A stretch of 64,000 nt of DNA, from the NCBI GenBank assembly GCA_964590425.1, contig CAZPWB010000003.1:5605-69604 (forward strand), read 5' to 3'. Position numbers and translations under genes: made by a program. The notes beneath the pieces were generated by a model. It searched no databases, had not been told where the DNA came from, and worked only from the letters and a program-made list of their open reading frames with translations. Shown here one piece after another: positions 27,570 to 37,459 of this stretch. This stretch comes from an uncultured Lishizhenia sp. (GTDB lineage Bacteria; Bacteroidota; Bacteroidia; Flavobacteriales_D; Crocinitomicaceae). Position 1 is the stretch's first letter; every line of letters starts with the position of its first letter.

Positions 27570-30500
27570 TTATGCCTCGTTTTGTAACGCTTGTAGCTTT
27601 TCAAAGGCATCTTTAATGTGGCGTATAGGCTCAATGACAAGTCGGAGTTTGTCGTCTTTTTGTACCAAACGATAGCCACTCTGCTTTGCCAAGATGTTTT
27701 GTAAAAGTGCCTGAAACTGTTGTGTTTCATAAAACGGTGACTGCGGATTCGAGATAAAATGCCCTACTAACTTTTCAGACTTCAGCACCAATCTTTCAAG
27801 CCCCATCGATTCAGCTAACCAACGCAACTCAAAAGAAAACAAGAGTTCTTTGACTTCTTTTGGGAGCGGACCAAAGCGATCTATGAGCTGTTCGCTAAAT
27901 TGTGCAAGTTCTGCTTTGTCTTTGAGGTTATCCATGGCCTGATACAAACTAAGACGCTCGGCAACCTGATTTACGTACTGATCAGGGATGCGCACCTCCA
28001 TGTCAGTCTCAAAAATGCAATCTTGTACAAAACCATTGAATTGATCACTCACGCGTTCTTCAAATAACTCTTTGTATTCGTGCTCGCGGAGCTCTTGCAT
28101 GGCCTCGTTGAGAATTTTCTGATACATTTCAAAGCCAATCTCTGCAATGAAGCCACTTTGCTCGCCTCCAAGCATATTGCCGGCACCGCGAATGTCGAGG
28201 TCTTTCATGGCAATGTTAAAGCCCGAACCAAGGTCAGAAAACTGAACCAAAGCCTCGAGGCGTTTTCTGGCTTCGGAGGTCATGATGCTAAATTTAGGAG
28301 CGATCAAATAACAGAATCCTTTTTTGTTACTGCGACCTACTCTTCCTCTGAGCTGATGGAGGTCACTCAGGCCAAACTGATGGGCGTCATTGATGATGAT
28401 GGTATTGGCATTAGAGATGTCTATACCAGACTCAATGATGGTAGTGGCGAGTAAAACATCATAGGCACCTTCAATGAAATCCATCATGACTTTTTCAAGC
28501 TGCTTGCCGTCCATTTGACCGTGCCCAATTCCGACGCGTACACCTGGGCACAAGCGTTGTATCATGCCAGAGAGTTCTTTGATGTTAGAAAGTCTGTTAT
28601 TGACAAAGAAAACCTGCCCACCCCTTCCCATTTCATAGGCAATGGCATCTCGGATTTGTTCTTCGTTGAAGGAAATGATTTCAGTGAGAACGGGCTGGCG
28701 ATTTGGAGGAGGTGTATTGATGATGCTGAGATCTCGGGCGCCCATCAAAGAGAATTGTAAAGTTCTTGGGATCGGCGTAGCCGTTAGTGTGAGTGTATCA
28801 ACTGTGGCCCGAAGTGTTTTGAGTTTGTCTTTGACGGCAACTCCAAACTTTTGCTCTTCATCGATGATCATGAGGCCGAGGTCTTTGAACTTGACGCGTT
28901 CAGCCACTAAAGCATGGGTGCCAATCAAGATATCAATTTGGCCGGCCGCCAATTTCTTTAATGTCTCAGTGATTTCTTTAGCCGACTTAAAGCGATTGAT
29001 ATAATCGATATTCACAGGAAAGCCGGCCAAGCGGCTTTTAAAGCTGCGGTAATGTTGCAAAGAAAGAATGGTGGTCGGCACCAACACAGCTACTTGTTTG
29101 GAGTCAGTTACTGCTTTAAAAGCCGCCCGAATCGCGACTTCAGTTTTTCCAAAACCTACGTCACCACACACCAAGCGATCCATGGGCCTTGCGGCTTCCA
29201 TATCTCGTTTGATATCTTGAGTCGCTTTGAATTGATCAGGCGTATCTTCAAACATAAACGATGCTTCTAGCTCGTTTTGCAAATAGCTATCTGGTGCAAA
29301 CGCAAAGCCCGGATTACTACGCCGCTGGGCATATAGTTTGATCAAATCAAAAGCCAGTTCTTTGATTTTCTTTTTGGTCTTGTTTTTTAGGTTAGACCAA
29401 GCCTGAGTACCTAATTTATTGAGTGTAGGTGCACTGCCCTCTTTGCCAGTAAATTTCGATATGCGGTGTAATGAGTGAATCCCGACATACAAGACATCGC
29501 CGTCTTTATAAACCAAACGAATTGCTTCTTGTGGTTTACCATTCACATCAATGGTTTCTAGACCTGAAAACTGGCCCACACCGTGATCAATATGGGTAAC
29601 GTAGTCGCCTTTTTGAAGCTGATAAATTTCTTTGAGTGTCAGGGCTTGTTTGGCTTGCTTGAAACCTTCTTTGAGTCTGAAACGATGATAACGCTCAAAT
29701 AACTGATGGTCAGTGTAGCAAACCAACTTGAGCTCAGGGCAGATAAAACCTTCGTGCAAGGCAATTGGAAGTGCGCTGAATTCACCTTCTTCACCAATAT
29801 CTTTGAAAATCTGATAAAGGCGTTCAATTTGTTGGGGCTGATTCGAAAAAATGAGGTTTTTAAAACCAGCTGCTTTTCTGGCTTTAAGGTCTGCATTTAA
29901 TCTTTCGAAATCTTTATTGAAACTTGGTTGCGGAATGGTATCAAATAATTCTTGATGACTTGCTTTGAAATGATATACAGGGCCATATTCAACCAAACGG
30001 TGTTTGTCAATGTATTCTTGCCACTCGAGATGAGAAAGATAGCGTTCGTTCGGTAGCGCATGCTTGACTGGCGTATCGATCTTGGCATGAATTTCAACAG
30101 CTTTCTCGTATTCTTTTTTGATGATTTCTTGGGTGCGCTCGGCATCTGAAAGCCAGACTATAGCCTTTTGACCGACAAAGCCCAACATATTCTCCTGAAT
30201 TTCGATACTCAGGCCTGTTTGAATGTTCGGGATGACATTAAAAAAGTGATGACTTGCAATAGACAACTGATTGGCTGCATCAAACGTGCGGATGCTTTCA
30301 ATTTCATCGCCAAAAAATTCAATGCGAAATGGATGCTCATTGGCAAAAGAAAACACATCAAGAATTCCACCTCGGATGGAAAATTGACCTGGTTCATATA
30401 CAAAATCGACGCGTTCAAACTGATATTCGAGCAAGAGTTCGTTTAAAAAATCGGTGCTGTATTGTTTGCCGATTTCTAAGCGCATGGTATGCTTGACCAA

Positions 30501-30911
30501 GTTCTTTTTGCTCGGAATTTTCTCAAAAAGTGCCTCCGGGTAAGTGACAATCCAGGCGTTTTTGTGCTCACTTAGTCTTTCGAGCACCTCAGCGCGCGTG
30601 ACCACATTGGCGTTGTCTGTTTGCTCTTGTTGGTAGGGAACGCGGTAAGAAGCTGGATAAAAAAACAAACGTTTATCTGAAGGAAAAAGCCCCTCAAGAT
30701 CATTGAGAAAATAGGCCGCTTCTTCTTTATCGGCGAGTACGAAAAGGTGAACCCCCGGCACTTGTTGGGCAACTGAAGCACTCATGAGTGCTTTTGACGA
30801 ACCCACTAAACCCTTCCAATGCAACTTAGCTGCCTGGTCTTGTAAATGTGCGGCACTGCGATCCAAGGCAGGATGTTTGGCAAGCTCTTTGATGAATGTG
30901 GCAAGTTCCAT
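27570..30911 (-). CDS. mfd: transcription-repair coupling factor
   Basis: GDVGFGKTEVA Walker A, DEEQKFGV, helicase C motifs QLRGRVGRS. Start trimmed to ATG 30911 (MELATFIKEL), which has a TAATTTTG box 9 nt upstream. Confidence 0.93.
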   Translation of the reverse strand: MELATFIKELAKHPALDRSAAHLQDQAAKLHWKGLVGSSKALMSASVAQQVPGVHLFVLADKEEAAYFLNDLEGLFPSDKRLFFYPASYRVPYQQEQTDNANVVTRAEVLERLSEHKNAWIVTYPEALFEKIPSKKNLVKHTMRLEIGKQYSTDFLNELLLEYQFERVDFVYEPGQFSIRGGILDVFSFANEHPFRIEFFGDEIESIRTFDAANQLSIASHHFFNVIPNIQTGLSIEIQENMLGFVGQKAIVWLSDAERTQEIIKKEYEKAVEIHAKIDTPVKHALPNERYLSHLEWQEYIDKHRLVEYGPVYHFKASHQELFDTIPQPSFNKDFERLNADLKARKAAGFKNLIFSNQPQQIERLYQIFKDIGEEGEFSALPIALHEGFICPELKLVCYTDHQLFERYHRFRLKEGFKQAKQALTLKEIYQLQKGDYVTHIDHGVGQFSGLETIDVNGKPQEAIRLVYKDGDVLYVGIHSLHRISKFTGKEGSAPTLNKLGTQAWSNLKNKTKKKIKELAFDLIKLYAQRRSNPGFAFAPDSYLQNELEASFMFEDTPDQFKATQDIKRDMEAARPMDRLVCGDVGFGKTEVAIRAAFKAVTDSKQVAVLVPTTILSLQHYRSFKSRLAGFPVNIDYINRFKSAKEITETLKKLAAGQIDILIGTHALVAERVKFKDLGLMIIDEEQKFGVAVKDKLKTLRATVDTLTLTATPIPRTLQFSLMGARDLSIINTPPPNRQPVLTEIISFNEEQIRDAIAYEMGRGGQVFFVNNRLSNIKELSGMIQRLCPGVRVGIGHGQMDGKQLEKVMMDFIEGAYDVLLATTIIESGIDISNANTIIINDAHQFGLSDLHQLRGRVGRSNKKGFCYLIAPKFSIMTSEARKRLEALVQFSDLGSGFNIAMKDLDIRGAGNMLGGEQSGFIAEIGFEMYQKILNEAMQELREHEYKELFEERVSDQFNGFVQDCIFETDMEVRIPDQYVNQVAERLSLYQAMDNLKDKAELAQFSEQLIDRFGPLPKEVKELLFSFELRWLAESMGLERLVLKSEKLVGHFISNPQSPFYETQQFQALLQNILAKQSGYRLVQKDDKLRLVIEPIRHIKDAFEKLQALQNEA

Positions 30912-30920
30912 AGGGGTTTG

Positions 30921-30928
30921 CAAAATTA
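30921..30928 (-). promoter_or_regulatory. TAnnTTTG -7 box (TAATTTTG) upstream of the trimmed mfd start
   Basis: Plus strand caaaatta, 9 nt upstream of ATG 30911. It lies inside the longer track ORF, which supports the shorter start. Confidence 0.4.
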
Positions 30929-31076
30929 ACGAAACTAATTCCTTGGTCGAAAAAAATGTGACGAATTCAGGTACTAAACGTTTGAAATAACAATTCAGTG
31001 TGAATATCTCCAAGAATTACCAAGTGAGCACCACTTGTCTTTGACTAATTTTATCGAACTAAAATAGACAGCAATT

Positions 31077-31814
31077 ATGAAGTTTTCCATGAAATTCACC
31101 TTAGCACTAGCCTTTTTTTCTAGCTCCAATTTTCTTTTCGGCCAAGCAGACTCTACTGCTCAGGCTGCAGGTTTCAAAACAGTTGAAGAAATTTCTGCCA
31201 TCGACTTTTTAATGAAGGGTGGTGTTTTCCTCATCCCTATTGTCTTGCTTTTATTCTATACAACTTATATTGCCGTTGAGCGCTTTTTGTATATCCGTCG
31301 CATGACCAAGCAAAATATGTTCTTAATGAGCGAACTCCAAACACAATTGAATTCAGGTAATATGACCGGCGCGCTAGATGTAGCAAATCGCGATCAAACT
31401 GCATTTGGTTCAGTTGTAAAAGAAGGTGTACAATCTATCGGGCGCCCGATTCCGCAAATTGAAGCCAACATGGAAAAAGTTGCCAATATTGAAATTGGTA
31501 AAATGGAAAAAAATATCAATCACCTTGGTCTGATCGCGGGTATCGCGCCAACACTTGGTTTTATCGGTACCATTTCTGGGGTAATTAAAATTTTCTACAG
31601 CATCTCCATTTCAGAAAACGTTTCTATCGGAAACATCTCTGGAGGTCTTTACGAAAAAATGATTTCATCTGGTTCAGGACTTGTTGTGGGAATTATTGCT
31701 TTTACTGCTTACCACCTCTTGAATGGCATCATTGATAATTACGCTTTAGCGATTCAAAAAATCAATTTAGAATTTGTAAAATTAATCCGCCCGAGCGATG
31801 CCAATAAAGCGTAA
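31077..31814 (+). CDS. exbB: MotA/TolQ/ExbB proton-channel family protein
   Basis: 245 aa. Three TM pattern and LGLIAGIAPTLGFIGTISG motif. Confidence 0.85.
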   Translation: MKFSMKFTLALAFFSSSNFLFGQADSTAQAAGFKTVEEISAIDFLMKGGVFLIPIVLLLFYTTYIAVERFLYIRRMTKQNMFLMSELQTQLNSGNMTGALDVANRDQTAFGSVVKEGVQSIGRPIPQIEANMEKVANIEIGKMEKNINHLGLIAGIAPTLGFIGTISGVIKIFYSISISENVSIGNISGGLYEKMISSGSGLVVGIIAFTAYHLLNGIIDNYALAIQKINLEFVKLIRPSDANKA

Positions 31815-32205
31815 CCGTAGGTTTCATGCCGAAGTTGCAACCTCGGCCCTGAGCGACATCATGTTCTTCTTGTTGTTGTTCTTTTTGATCATCTCTACCT
31901 TGGCCAACCCGAACGTTATTAAAGTTCCATTGCCAAAGTCTGACGCGAACGAAAAGACACAAAAGCAGCACGTAACGCTCACCGTTAAGTTTGATGAAAA
32001 TCAGCAGCGTCATTTCTATGTCGATAACGACGAAGTAGGCCTTAACCAATTAGAAGGTATTTTAGTCGCTGAGACCAAAAAAATTGGCGACAACACAGTT
32101 ATCATTCGTCTGCCTTTTGACGCCCAAGTTCAGGAGCTTGTTGACCTATTAAAAATCGGTATGCTCAACGATCTCAAGATGATTATTGCCACTAAAGAAG
32201 GCTAA
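31798..32205 (+). CDS. exbD: ExbD/TolR biopolymer transport protein
   Basis: 135 aa. N-terminal basic segment, then the TM LSDIMFFLLLFFLII. Overlaps exbB by 17 nt. Confidence 0.85.
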   Translation: MPIKRNRRFHAEVATSALSDIMFFLLLFFLIISTLANPNVIKVPLPKSDANEKTQKQHVTLTVKFDENQQRHFYVDNDEVGLNQLEGILVAETKKIGDNTVIIRLPFDAQVQELVDLLKIGMLNDLKMIIATKEG

Positions 32206-32225
32206 CCAAGTTTACTAAGAAGGAA

Positions 32226-32987
32226 ATGGACCAATTACAATTAGATTATTTAGAAGCTAAACAAGATGCGCGCAAATCTCTGATTTACAGCACAATTTGG
32301 CTTCTTTTCTTATTGCTCATCTCTTTCATTATTAAGTTTGATGCGCGTCAAGATGCATTAGTTGATACGCCACCTCTGCGTTCTGACGAAGTGATTGAAG
32401 AATTTCAAATTGATAACGTTACCCTTGACGATGTCTCTGGCGGAAGCCGAGGTGGAGGAACTCCTGGGGCAGGGCGCATTGCGCCCCCTGCCGAACAAAC
32501 AGAAAGAGTTGCTACTGCAGCACAAAGCGATTTCACACACAATAGCGGCAATTCAGACAACCATAATTCTGCCAACGGCACCAATGCCAGCTCTACCACC
32601 ACACGTTCTACCAACTATTTTGGTAGCGGCGGAAGTGGTCGTGGCGACGGTTCGGGCAACGGGCCTTTTGGTGGGCCAGGAACTGGAGTCGAAGGTGATG
32701 GGCAAGGTACGGGCAGAGGCTCAGGTAAAGGTCGGGTAAGGCTAAATAATGTGAGTCTTCCGAAATACGAACTCGATTTTGAGTGTCGAATTATGTTCAG
32801 ATTACAGGTTAATGAAGATGGACAAGTTGTGGGTGTAAGTACTGTTAAGTCTGTAACTACTTGTGTTGAAGACCGCATCATTAACGACCTAAAGGAACGT
32901 ATTAAGCGTGAAGTAAAATGCAATAAAGATCCGGGAGCCCCGATTGTTACAATGGATTACACCATCCGTTTGACACCAAAGGGTTAA
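32226..32987 (+). CDS. TonB-like energy-transducer candidate with Gly/Ser/Asn-rich linker
   Basis: Position is directly after exbB-exbD. N-terminal TM (LIYSTIWLLFLLLISFII), low-complexity linker, and a ~90-aa C-terminal beta-rich domain. Confidence 0.45.
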   Translation: MDQLQLDYLEAKQDARKSLIYSTIWLLFLLLISFIIKFDARQDALVDTPPLRSDEVIEEFQIDNVTLDDVSGGSRGGGTPGAGRIAPPAEQTERVATAAQSDFTHNSGNSDNHNSANGTNASSTTTRSTNYFGSGGSGRGDGSGNGPFGGPGTGVEGDGQGTGRGSGKGRVRLNNVSLPKYELDFECRIMFRLQVNEDGQVVGVSTVKSVTTCVEDRIINDLKERIKREVKCNKDPGAPIVTMDYTIRLTPKG

Positions 32988-32992
32988 AGGGC

Positions 32993-33988
32993 TTAGTTAC
33001 CCATCGCTTTTTCAACCATTTTCTTGGAGCCAATATAGAAACCTACTCTTTGATGGAGTTGACTTGGCTTGATATCTAAGATTCTTTGTTGGCCATCTGT
33101 GGCTAAACCTCCCGCTTGCTCTGCAATAAAAGCCAACGGATTACATTCATACAACAGACGCAAACGACCTTGGGGTGCAGACGGAACTGTCGGATAAATA
33201 TAGATGCCACCTTTAATAAGATTGCGGTGGAAATCGGCAACTAAAGAACCAATATAACGACCAGAGTATGGTTTGCCGGTTTGATTTTTATCGGATTGAC
33301 AGAAGTCTAGGTAAGCACGCAAAGTAGGGTCGAAATCTTGTAAATTGCCTTCGTTGATAGAATACAACCTGCCCTCTTCTGGCATCTTCATGTCTGGGTG
33401 TGACAAGAAAAATTCCCCTACAGCTGGATCTAGCGTAAAGCCATTGACACCTTTACCTGTAGAATAGACCAAGATGGTTGACGAGCCATATAAAACATAG
33501 CCCGCAGCAACCTGTTGGTCACCCGTTTGAAGCATGTCGGCTAAAGTGGCTGGTGTGCCGATTGGTGAAATGCGGCGATAAATAGAAAAAATGGTGCCGA
33601 TAGACACATTGACATCAATGTTTGAAGAACCATCTAGCGGATCAAACAAAACAACGTAGTTTCCTTTTTGGGCTGATGCTGAACTGAAAGCAACGAAGTC
33701 GTCGTTTTCTTCTGAGGCAATGCCACATACTTCGCCACCGTTTTCAAAAGCCCTGATAAAGGCTTCATCGGCTACGACATCTAGTTTTTGTTGCTCTTCG
33801 CCTTGAACATTTTGCCCTCCTTGTGCTCCTAATATGTGGTCGACAAGGCCAGCTTTTCTGACGTCATTGGAAACAATTTTGGCCGCTAAAGCGATATCGC
33901 TTAAGAGCCTTGATAATTCGCCGCTAGCAAAAGGAAAATCTTTTTGCTTGGCAACGATAAATTCATGTAAGGTGGTCAGTTTCGACAT
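32993..33988 (-). CDS. fbp: class 1 fructose-1,6-bisphosphatase
   Basis: 331 aa. [19 protein letters not shown] metal site and [20 protein letters not shown]. Confidence 0.93.
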   Translation of the reverse strand: MSKLTTLHEFIVAKQKDFPFASGELSRLLSDIALAAKIVSNDVRKAGLVDHILGAQGGQNVQGEEQQKLDVVADEAFIRAFENGGEVCGIASEENDDFVAFSSASAQKGNYVVLFDPLDGSSNIDVNVSIGTIFSIYRRISPIGTPATLADMLQTGDQQVAAGYVLYGSSTILVYSTGKGVNGFTLDPAVGEFFLSHPDMKMPEEGRLYSINEGNLQDFDPTLRAYLDFCQSDKNQTGKPYSGRYIGSLVADFHRNLIKGGIYIYPTVPSAPQGRLRLLYECNPLAFIAEQAGGLATDGQQRILDIKPSQLHQRVGFYIGSKKMVEKAMGN

Positions 33989-33990
33989 GC

Positions 33991-34815
33991 TTACATCGAG
34001 AACATGTTGCTGTAGTCGGTACCGAGATGAATCGGATTGACAATAAGCGTAGGAATAAGTGCATCATTGGTAATGATGTACTGCTCATGGCTTGCGGTAA
34101 GTGCGTTGAATAGATTGTTGCGGTTGAGGTTCATAATGGCAATGAGGTCTGCATCAACGCTTACCGCATATTTGACAACTTCTTTGTCAAAACCTGAACT
34201 AGGCACAACAGCACTAGTCATTTCGATGCCCCGATCTTTAAAGAAACTTTCAGAGAAGGTAATGTTTGAACGAACTTGATGACGCAAGAATTCATCGGAT
34301 TCGTCTGGGGTAACTACGTGAACCTTAGAGTTGAAGTATTTAGCCAAGTTAGCAACAATGGATAATTTTTGCTTGGTTTCTTTGTGAAGGTCCATGGGAA
34401 CAACAATGGAGTCATAGCCGGTGGCTTTAACAGCTTTTTCTTGCACAATGATAAATGGCACCTGAGAACTCGTTACTACTTTAAGTGCGTGGCTACCAGT
34501 AATGTGTTGCCAACCATGCGCGCCGTGCGTACCCATAATGATGAGCTCAGCTTGGTGCTCGGCTGCAAAAGCACCGATATCTTCAAAAATACTTCCTATG
34601 CGTACGTTCGGATGGATCTTTACACCTTCGTGTTCGAGACTACCGATAATGTTCTCAAGTTGAGCAAGCGCCTCAGGGATTTGTGTTTCTTTGGACACAA
34701 CGTGTAAAAGCTGGATTTCAGCACCTAAGGGCTTAGCAGTTGCAATGGCGTGTTGTAAGGCGATATCAGCCACTGGGGTAAAATCTTGAGGAACAATAAA
34801 CGTTTTTGTTTGCAT
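33991..34815 (-). CDS. tandem-domain universal stress protein
   Basis: 274 aa with two UspA-like halves ([11 protein letters not shown] ... ADLIAIM). Stop lies 2 nt upstream of the fbp start. Confidence 0.78.
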   Translation of the reverse strand: MQTKTFIVPQDFTPVADIALQHAIATAKPLGAEIQLLHVVSKETQIPEALAQLENIIGSLEHEGVKIHPNVRIGSIFEDIGAFAAEHQAELIIMGTHGAHGWQHITGSHALKVVTSSQVPFIIVQEKAVKATGYDSIVVPMDLHKETKQKLSIVANLAKYFNSKVHVVTPDESDEFLRHQVRSNITFSESFFKDRGIEMTSAVVPSSGFDKEVVKYAVSVDADLIAIMNLNRNNLFNALTASHEQYIITNDALIPTLIVNPIHLGTDYSNMFSM

Positions 34816-34873
34816 AGTGGTGTTTTTTACAAATTTAAAACAAAGTGCAGTAAGAACGCACTATAATTCTCTT

Positions 34874-34881
34874 TATTTTTG
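34874..34881 (+). promoter_or_regulatory. TAnnTTTG -7 box (TATTTTTG) upstream of the GH3-family gene
   Basis: Exact consensus match, 34 nt before ATG 34916. Confidence 0.4.
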
Positions 34882-34915
34882 TGTGAAGCCTACTCTAATT
34901 TAAGCTACTCGGTTC

Positions 34916-36442
34916 ATGCCTATCATCGGAAAATTAATTCAAAGGAGTACCGCGATCAGTTTCAAAAGAATTTCGCGTAAAAGTCCAGATTACAAACAAC
35001 AATTAGAGGCCCTCAGACTAAATATTGAAGTCGCCAAAAAAACAAAATTTGGCCTCACCCACCATTTTTCAAGTCTGCTACAACGCACTGATCTCGTTTC
35101 AAGATACCAACAACAAGTCCCGATTACAGAATACGATTCTTTTTACAAAGATTGGCTTGAAGATGCGATTATTGGCGCCAAAGACCACATTTGGCCGGGG
35201 CGCATCAAGTACTTTGCGTTGTCTTCCGGGACCACTGGCGCACCGAGCAAACGCATCCCAGTAACAACAGAAATGATCCGTTCCTTTCAACGCGTTTCAT
35301 TGCGTCAGTTTTCAGTACTGCATGAGCTCAATTTATCCGACACCTTTTACGGTTCTAAAGTATTGGCTGTCGGAGGTTCAACTAAACTCAAAAAAGTAGG
35401 CAACCATTTTGAAGGCGACCTCAGCGGAATCTTAAAAAAGCATACCTCGCTCATTGCCGCACCTTTTGCCAAACCCAACAAAAAAATAACCCATCTCAAA
35501 GACTGGAAAGCCAAACTTCCACTCATGGTCGAACAAGCGCCAAAATGGAACATCGGCATTATGGCGGGTATTCCAAGTTGGTGTGTTTTGCTACTTGAAG
35601 AAATTGTCAAGCATTATCAACTCAATAATATTCACGAGATCTGGCCAAATTTTAAGGTTTATGTGCACGGAGGTGTATACATGGATCCTTTTAAAGAAAG
35701 GTTAAAAAAAGTATGTGGTGAGCCCGTAATATTACTAGATACTTACCTCGCAAGCGAAGGATACTTTGGCTACCAAATTAGCCCAAAAAAAAGAGGTATG
35801 AAATTGCTCTTGAACAACAGCATTTTCTTTGAATTCATTCCTTTTAATGCAGCGTATTTTACAGAATCTGGTGAGCTCAAGGACAAGCATCTCGCCTACA
35901 CAATTAGTGAAGTCAAACCTAACATCGACTACGCGTTGGTCATAAGTACGAATGCAGGGTTATGGCGTTACATGCTCGGAGACCTTGTGCGCTTTGTGGA
36001 TACAAGCACACAAGAAATCATTATTTCGGGGCGCATCAAGCAGTACCTGAGTATTTGCGGAGAGCATTTATCCTTAGACAATATTAACCAAGCAATGGTG
36101 AAAGTCAGTACAAAGCATGGCTTGTCTTTTTCAGAATACACCATTTATGCAGATGAAGATAGCAATCAACACTGTTGGTTTATTGGTTGTGATGACGGAA
36201 ACGCTTCCGCTGATTTGATCGGAGAAATTGACGAAGAACTACAAAAAGTAAACGATGACTACGCCTATGTGCGCCAGCACAGTATGCCAACACCAAGTTT
36301 AAAAGTCATGCCGACACAGGTGTTTTATGACTATTTGGAAAGTATCAATAAACTGGGTGCACAAAACAAAATTCCACGTGTCATGAATAAGAAACAGGCC
36401 AAACAATGGAACCTATTTCTTAAAACAAACGGTTTCCTTTAA
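34916..36442 (+). CDS. GH3 (auxin-responsive-promoter) family acyl-adenylate-forming enzyme homolog
   Basis: 508 aa. FALSSGTTGAPSKRIPVT adenylation motif and overall GH3-like length. Confidence 0.75.
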   Translation: MPIIGKLIQRSTAISFKRISRKSPDYKQQLEALRLNIEVAKKTKFGLTHHFSSLLQRTDLVSRYQQQVPITEYDSFYKDWLEDAIIGAKDHIWPGRIKYFALSSGTTGAPSKRIPVTTEMIRSFQRVSLRQFSVLHELNLSDTFYGSKVLAVGGSTKLKKVGNHFEGDLSGILKKHTSLIAAPFAKPNKKITHLKDWKAKLPLMVEQAPKWNIGIMAGIPSWCVLLLEEIVKHYQLNNIHEIWPNFKVYVHGGVYMDPFKERLKKVCGEPVILLDTYLASEGYFGYQISPKKRGMKLLLNNSIFFEFIPFNAAYFTESGELKDKHLAYTISEVKPNIDYALVISTNAGLWRYMLGDLVRFVDTSTQEIIISGRIKQYLSICGEHLSLDNINQAMVKVSTKHGLSFSEYTIYADEDSNQHCWFIGCDDGNASADLIGEIDEELQKVNDDYAYVRQHSMPTPSLKVMPTQVFYDYLESINKLGAQNKIPRVMNKKQAKQWNLFLKTNGFL

Positions 36443-37457
36443 ACATAGACTTTTTGCTGAAGATATAGCTCAGATTGACTTCTACTGAATTGCGATAAGC
36501 AGAGGCCAAACGACCTAAATCAGCATCATAAGATAGCCCAAGGTCGAACGCGCCAAAATCTATAGCAACATAAGGCGAGATGGCAGCTGTCGATCGGAAA
36601 TAAAGCCCTGCTGTCAAAAAGCGATTGCTCACCTCGTTTGTAATTTGCGATGCACCACGCATTTGAAGCCTGTAAAGCGCACCAAAAATGGCTTCCTGAT
36701 GACTTCCTTGACGCATGTAAGCCAAACTGAATTTTAAGGCAGAAATTCCGTTGAGGCCATAACTAAATTGATTGTAGATCACCAATTTTTGGTAAAGCCT
36801 ATCAGCTGACAGTGCGTTGTACTGAAGCACTGGCCTATTGACGTGTTGCATGGAAAAACCGGTTGCAAGTGCAAATTGCCCTTCTTTCAACTCTCCTCTT
36901 GAATTGGGCTCATAGCGATACGCTAAGCCCAGACCTGCATCGACAAAGGAGAAACTCACAAAATCGTTTTCCTCACCAGAAAAAACCGCTGGGTCAATGG
37001 TGGTTCCGTTCCATTGCGAATAATAGAGCAACTTACTGAAATCGGCACTGCGTTGTTGAATGGCTGTTTGAAGACCTGCGTCTAGCCAATGGCCTTTGGC
37101 CAATGGTAGGTGTCCGCTTATACTTAAACCAAACGAACGTTGGGTCATGCGAGAATCGCCGCCGACGTCATTGCTAAAAGAGGGGGCTATGCCAACATAG
37201 GCCCGTTCCTTGGACAAATTGCGCCCAGGCGTAAATTCGGCCATGCCGTAGCTTGTTAAAAACTGAGTTCCGGTACCTATCCATTGATTGCGGTTCAGTA
37301 AACTAATGCGCTCATAGCCTTTGTAGGTTCCTACAAAAGCGGGGTTCAAATAAGCTGCGCTGCGCTCAATTTGCGTCAGGTGAAAATCTTGTGCCTGTAA
37401 ATTAGAACAAAAGACAAGTGCAATCCCGAAAAAAACCTTTTTAAAACGACTGCACAT
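36420..37457 (-). CDS. PorP/SprF family T9SS outer-membrane protein
   Basis: 345 aa with a signal peptide. QDFHLTQIERSAAYLNPAFVG is the typical PorP/SprF N-terminus, followed by a beta-barrel-like remainder. Directly downstream of a type B cargo gene. Confidence 0.8.
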   Translation of the reverse strand: MCSRFKKVFFGIALVFCSNLQAQDFHLTQIERSAAYLNPAFVGTYKGYERISLLNRNQWIGTGTQFLTSYGMAEFTPGRNLSKERAYVGIAPSFSNDVGGDSRMTQRSFGLSISGHLPLAKGHWLDAGLQTAIQQRSADFSKLLYYSQWNGTTIDPAVFSGEENDFVSFSFVDAGLGLAYRYEPNSRGELKEGQFALATGFSMQHVNRPVLQYNALSADRLYQKLVIYNQFSYGLNGISALKFSLAYMRQGSHQEAIFGALYRLQMRGASQITNEVSNRFLTAGLYFRSTAAISPYVAIDFGAFDLGLSYDADLGRLASAYRNSVEVNLSYIFSKKSMFKGNRLF

Positions 37458-37459
37458 AG

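Noticed and set aside
30912-31013. N-terminal extensions in the ORF track: mfd to 31013, LysE gene from 15211, M28 from 51399, GT9 to 63306, the 44161 gene to 45408, and leuS to 61566.
   Set aside because: The extensions overlap neighbouring genes or promoters and lack signal or homology features. In several cases they contain a TAnnTTTG box directly upstream of the internal ATG, so the shorter starts were chosen.
32395-32923. Overlapping ORFs on both strands (32395..32739 +, 32405..32614 -, 32615..32923 -) in the TonB-like gene.
   Set aside because: They are produced by the GC-rich, stop-poor Gly-codon low-complexity linker. The proteins are Pro/Gly/Ser junk with no start context.
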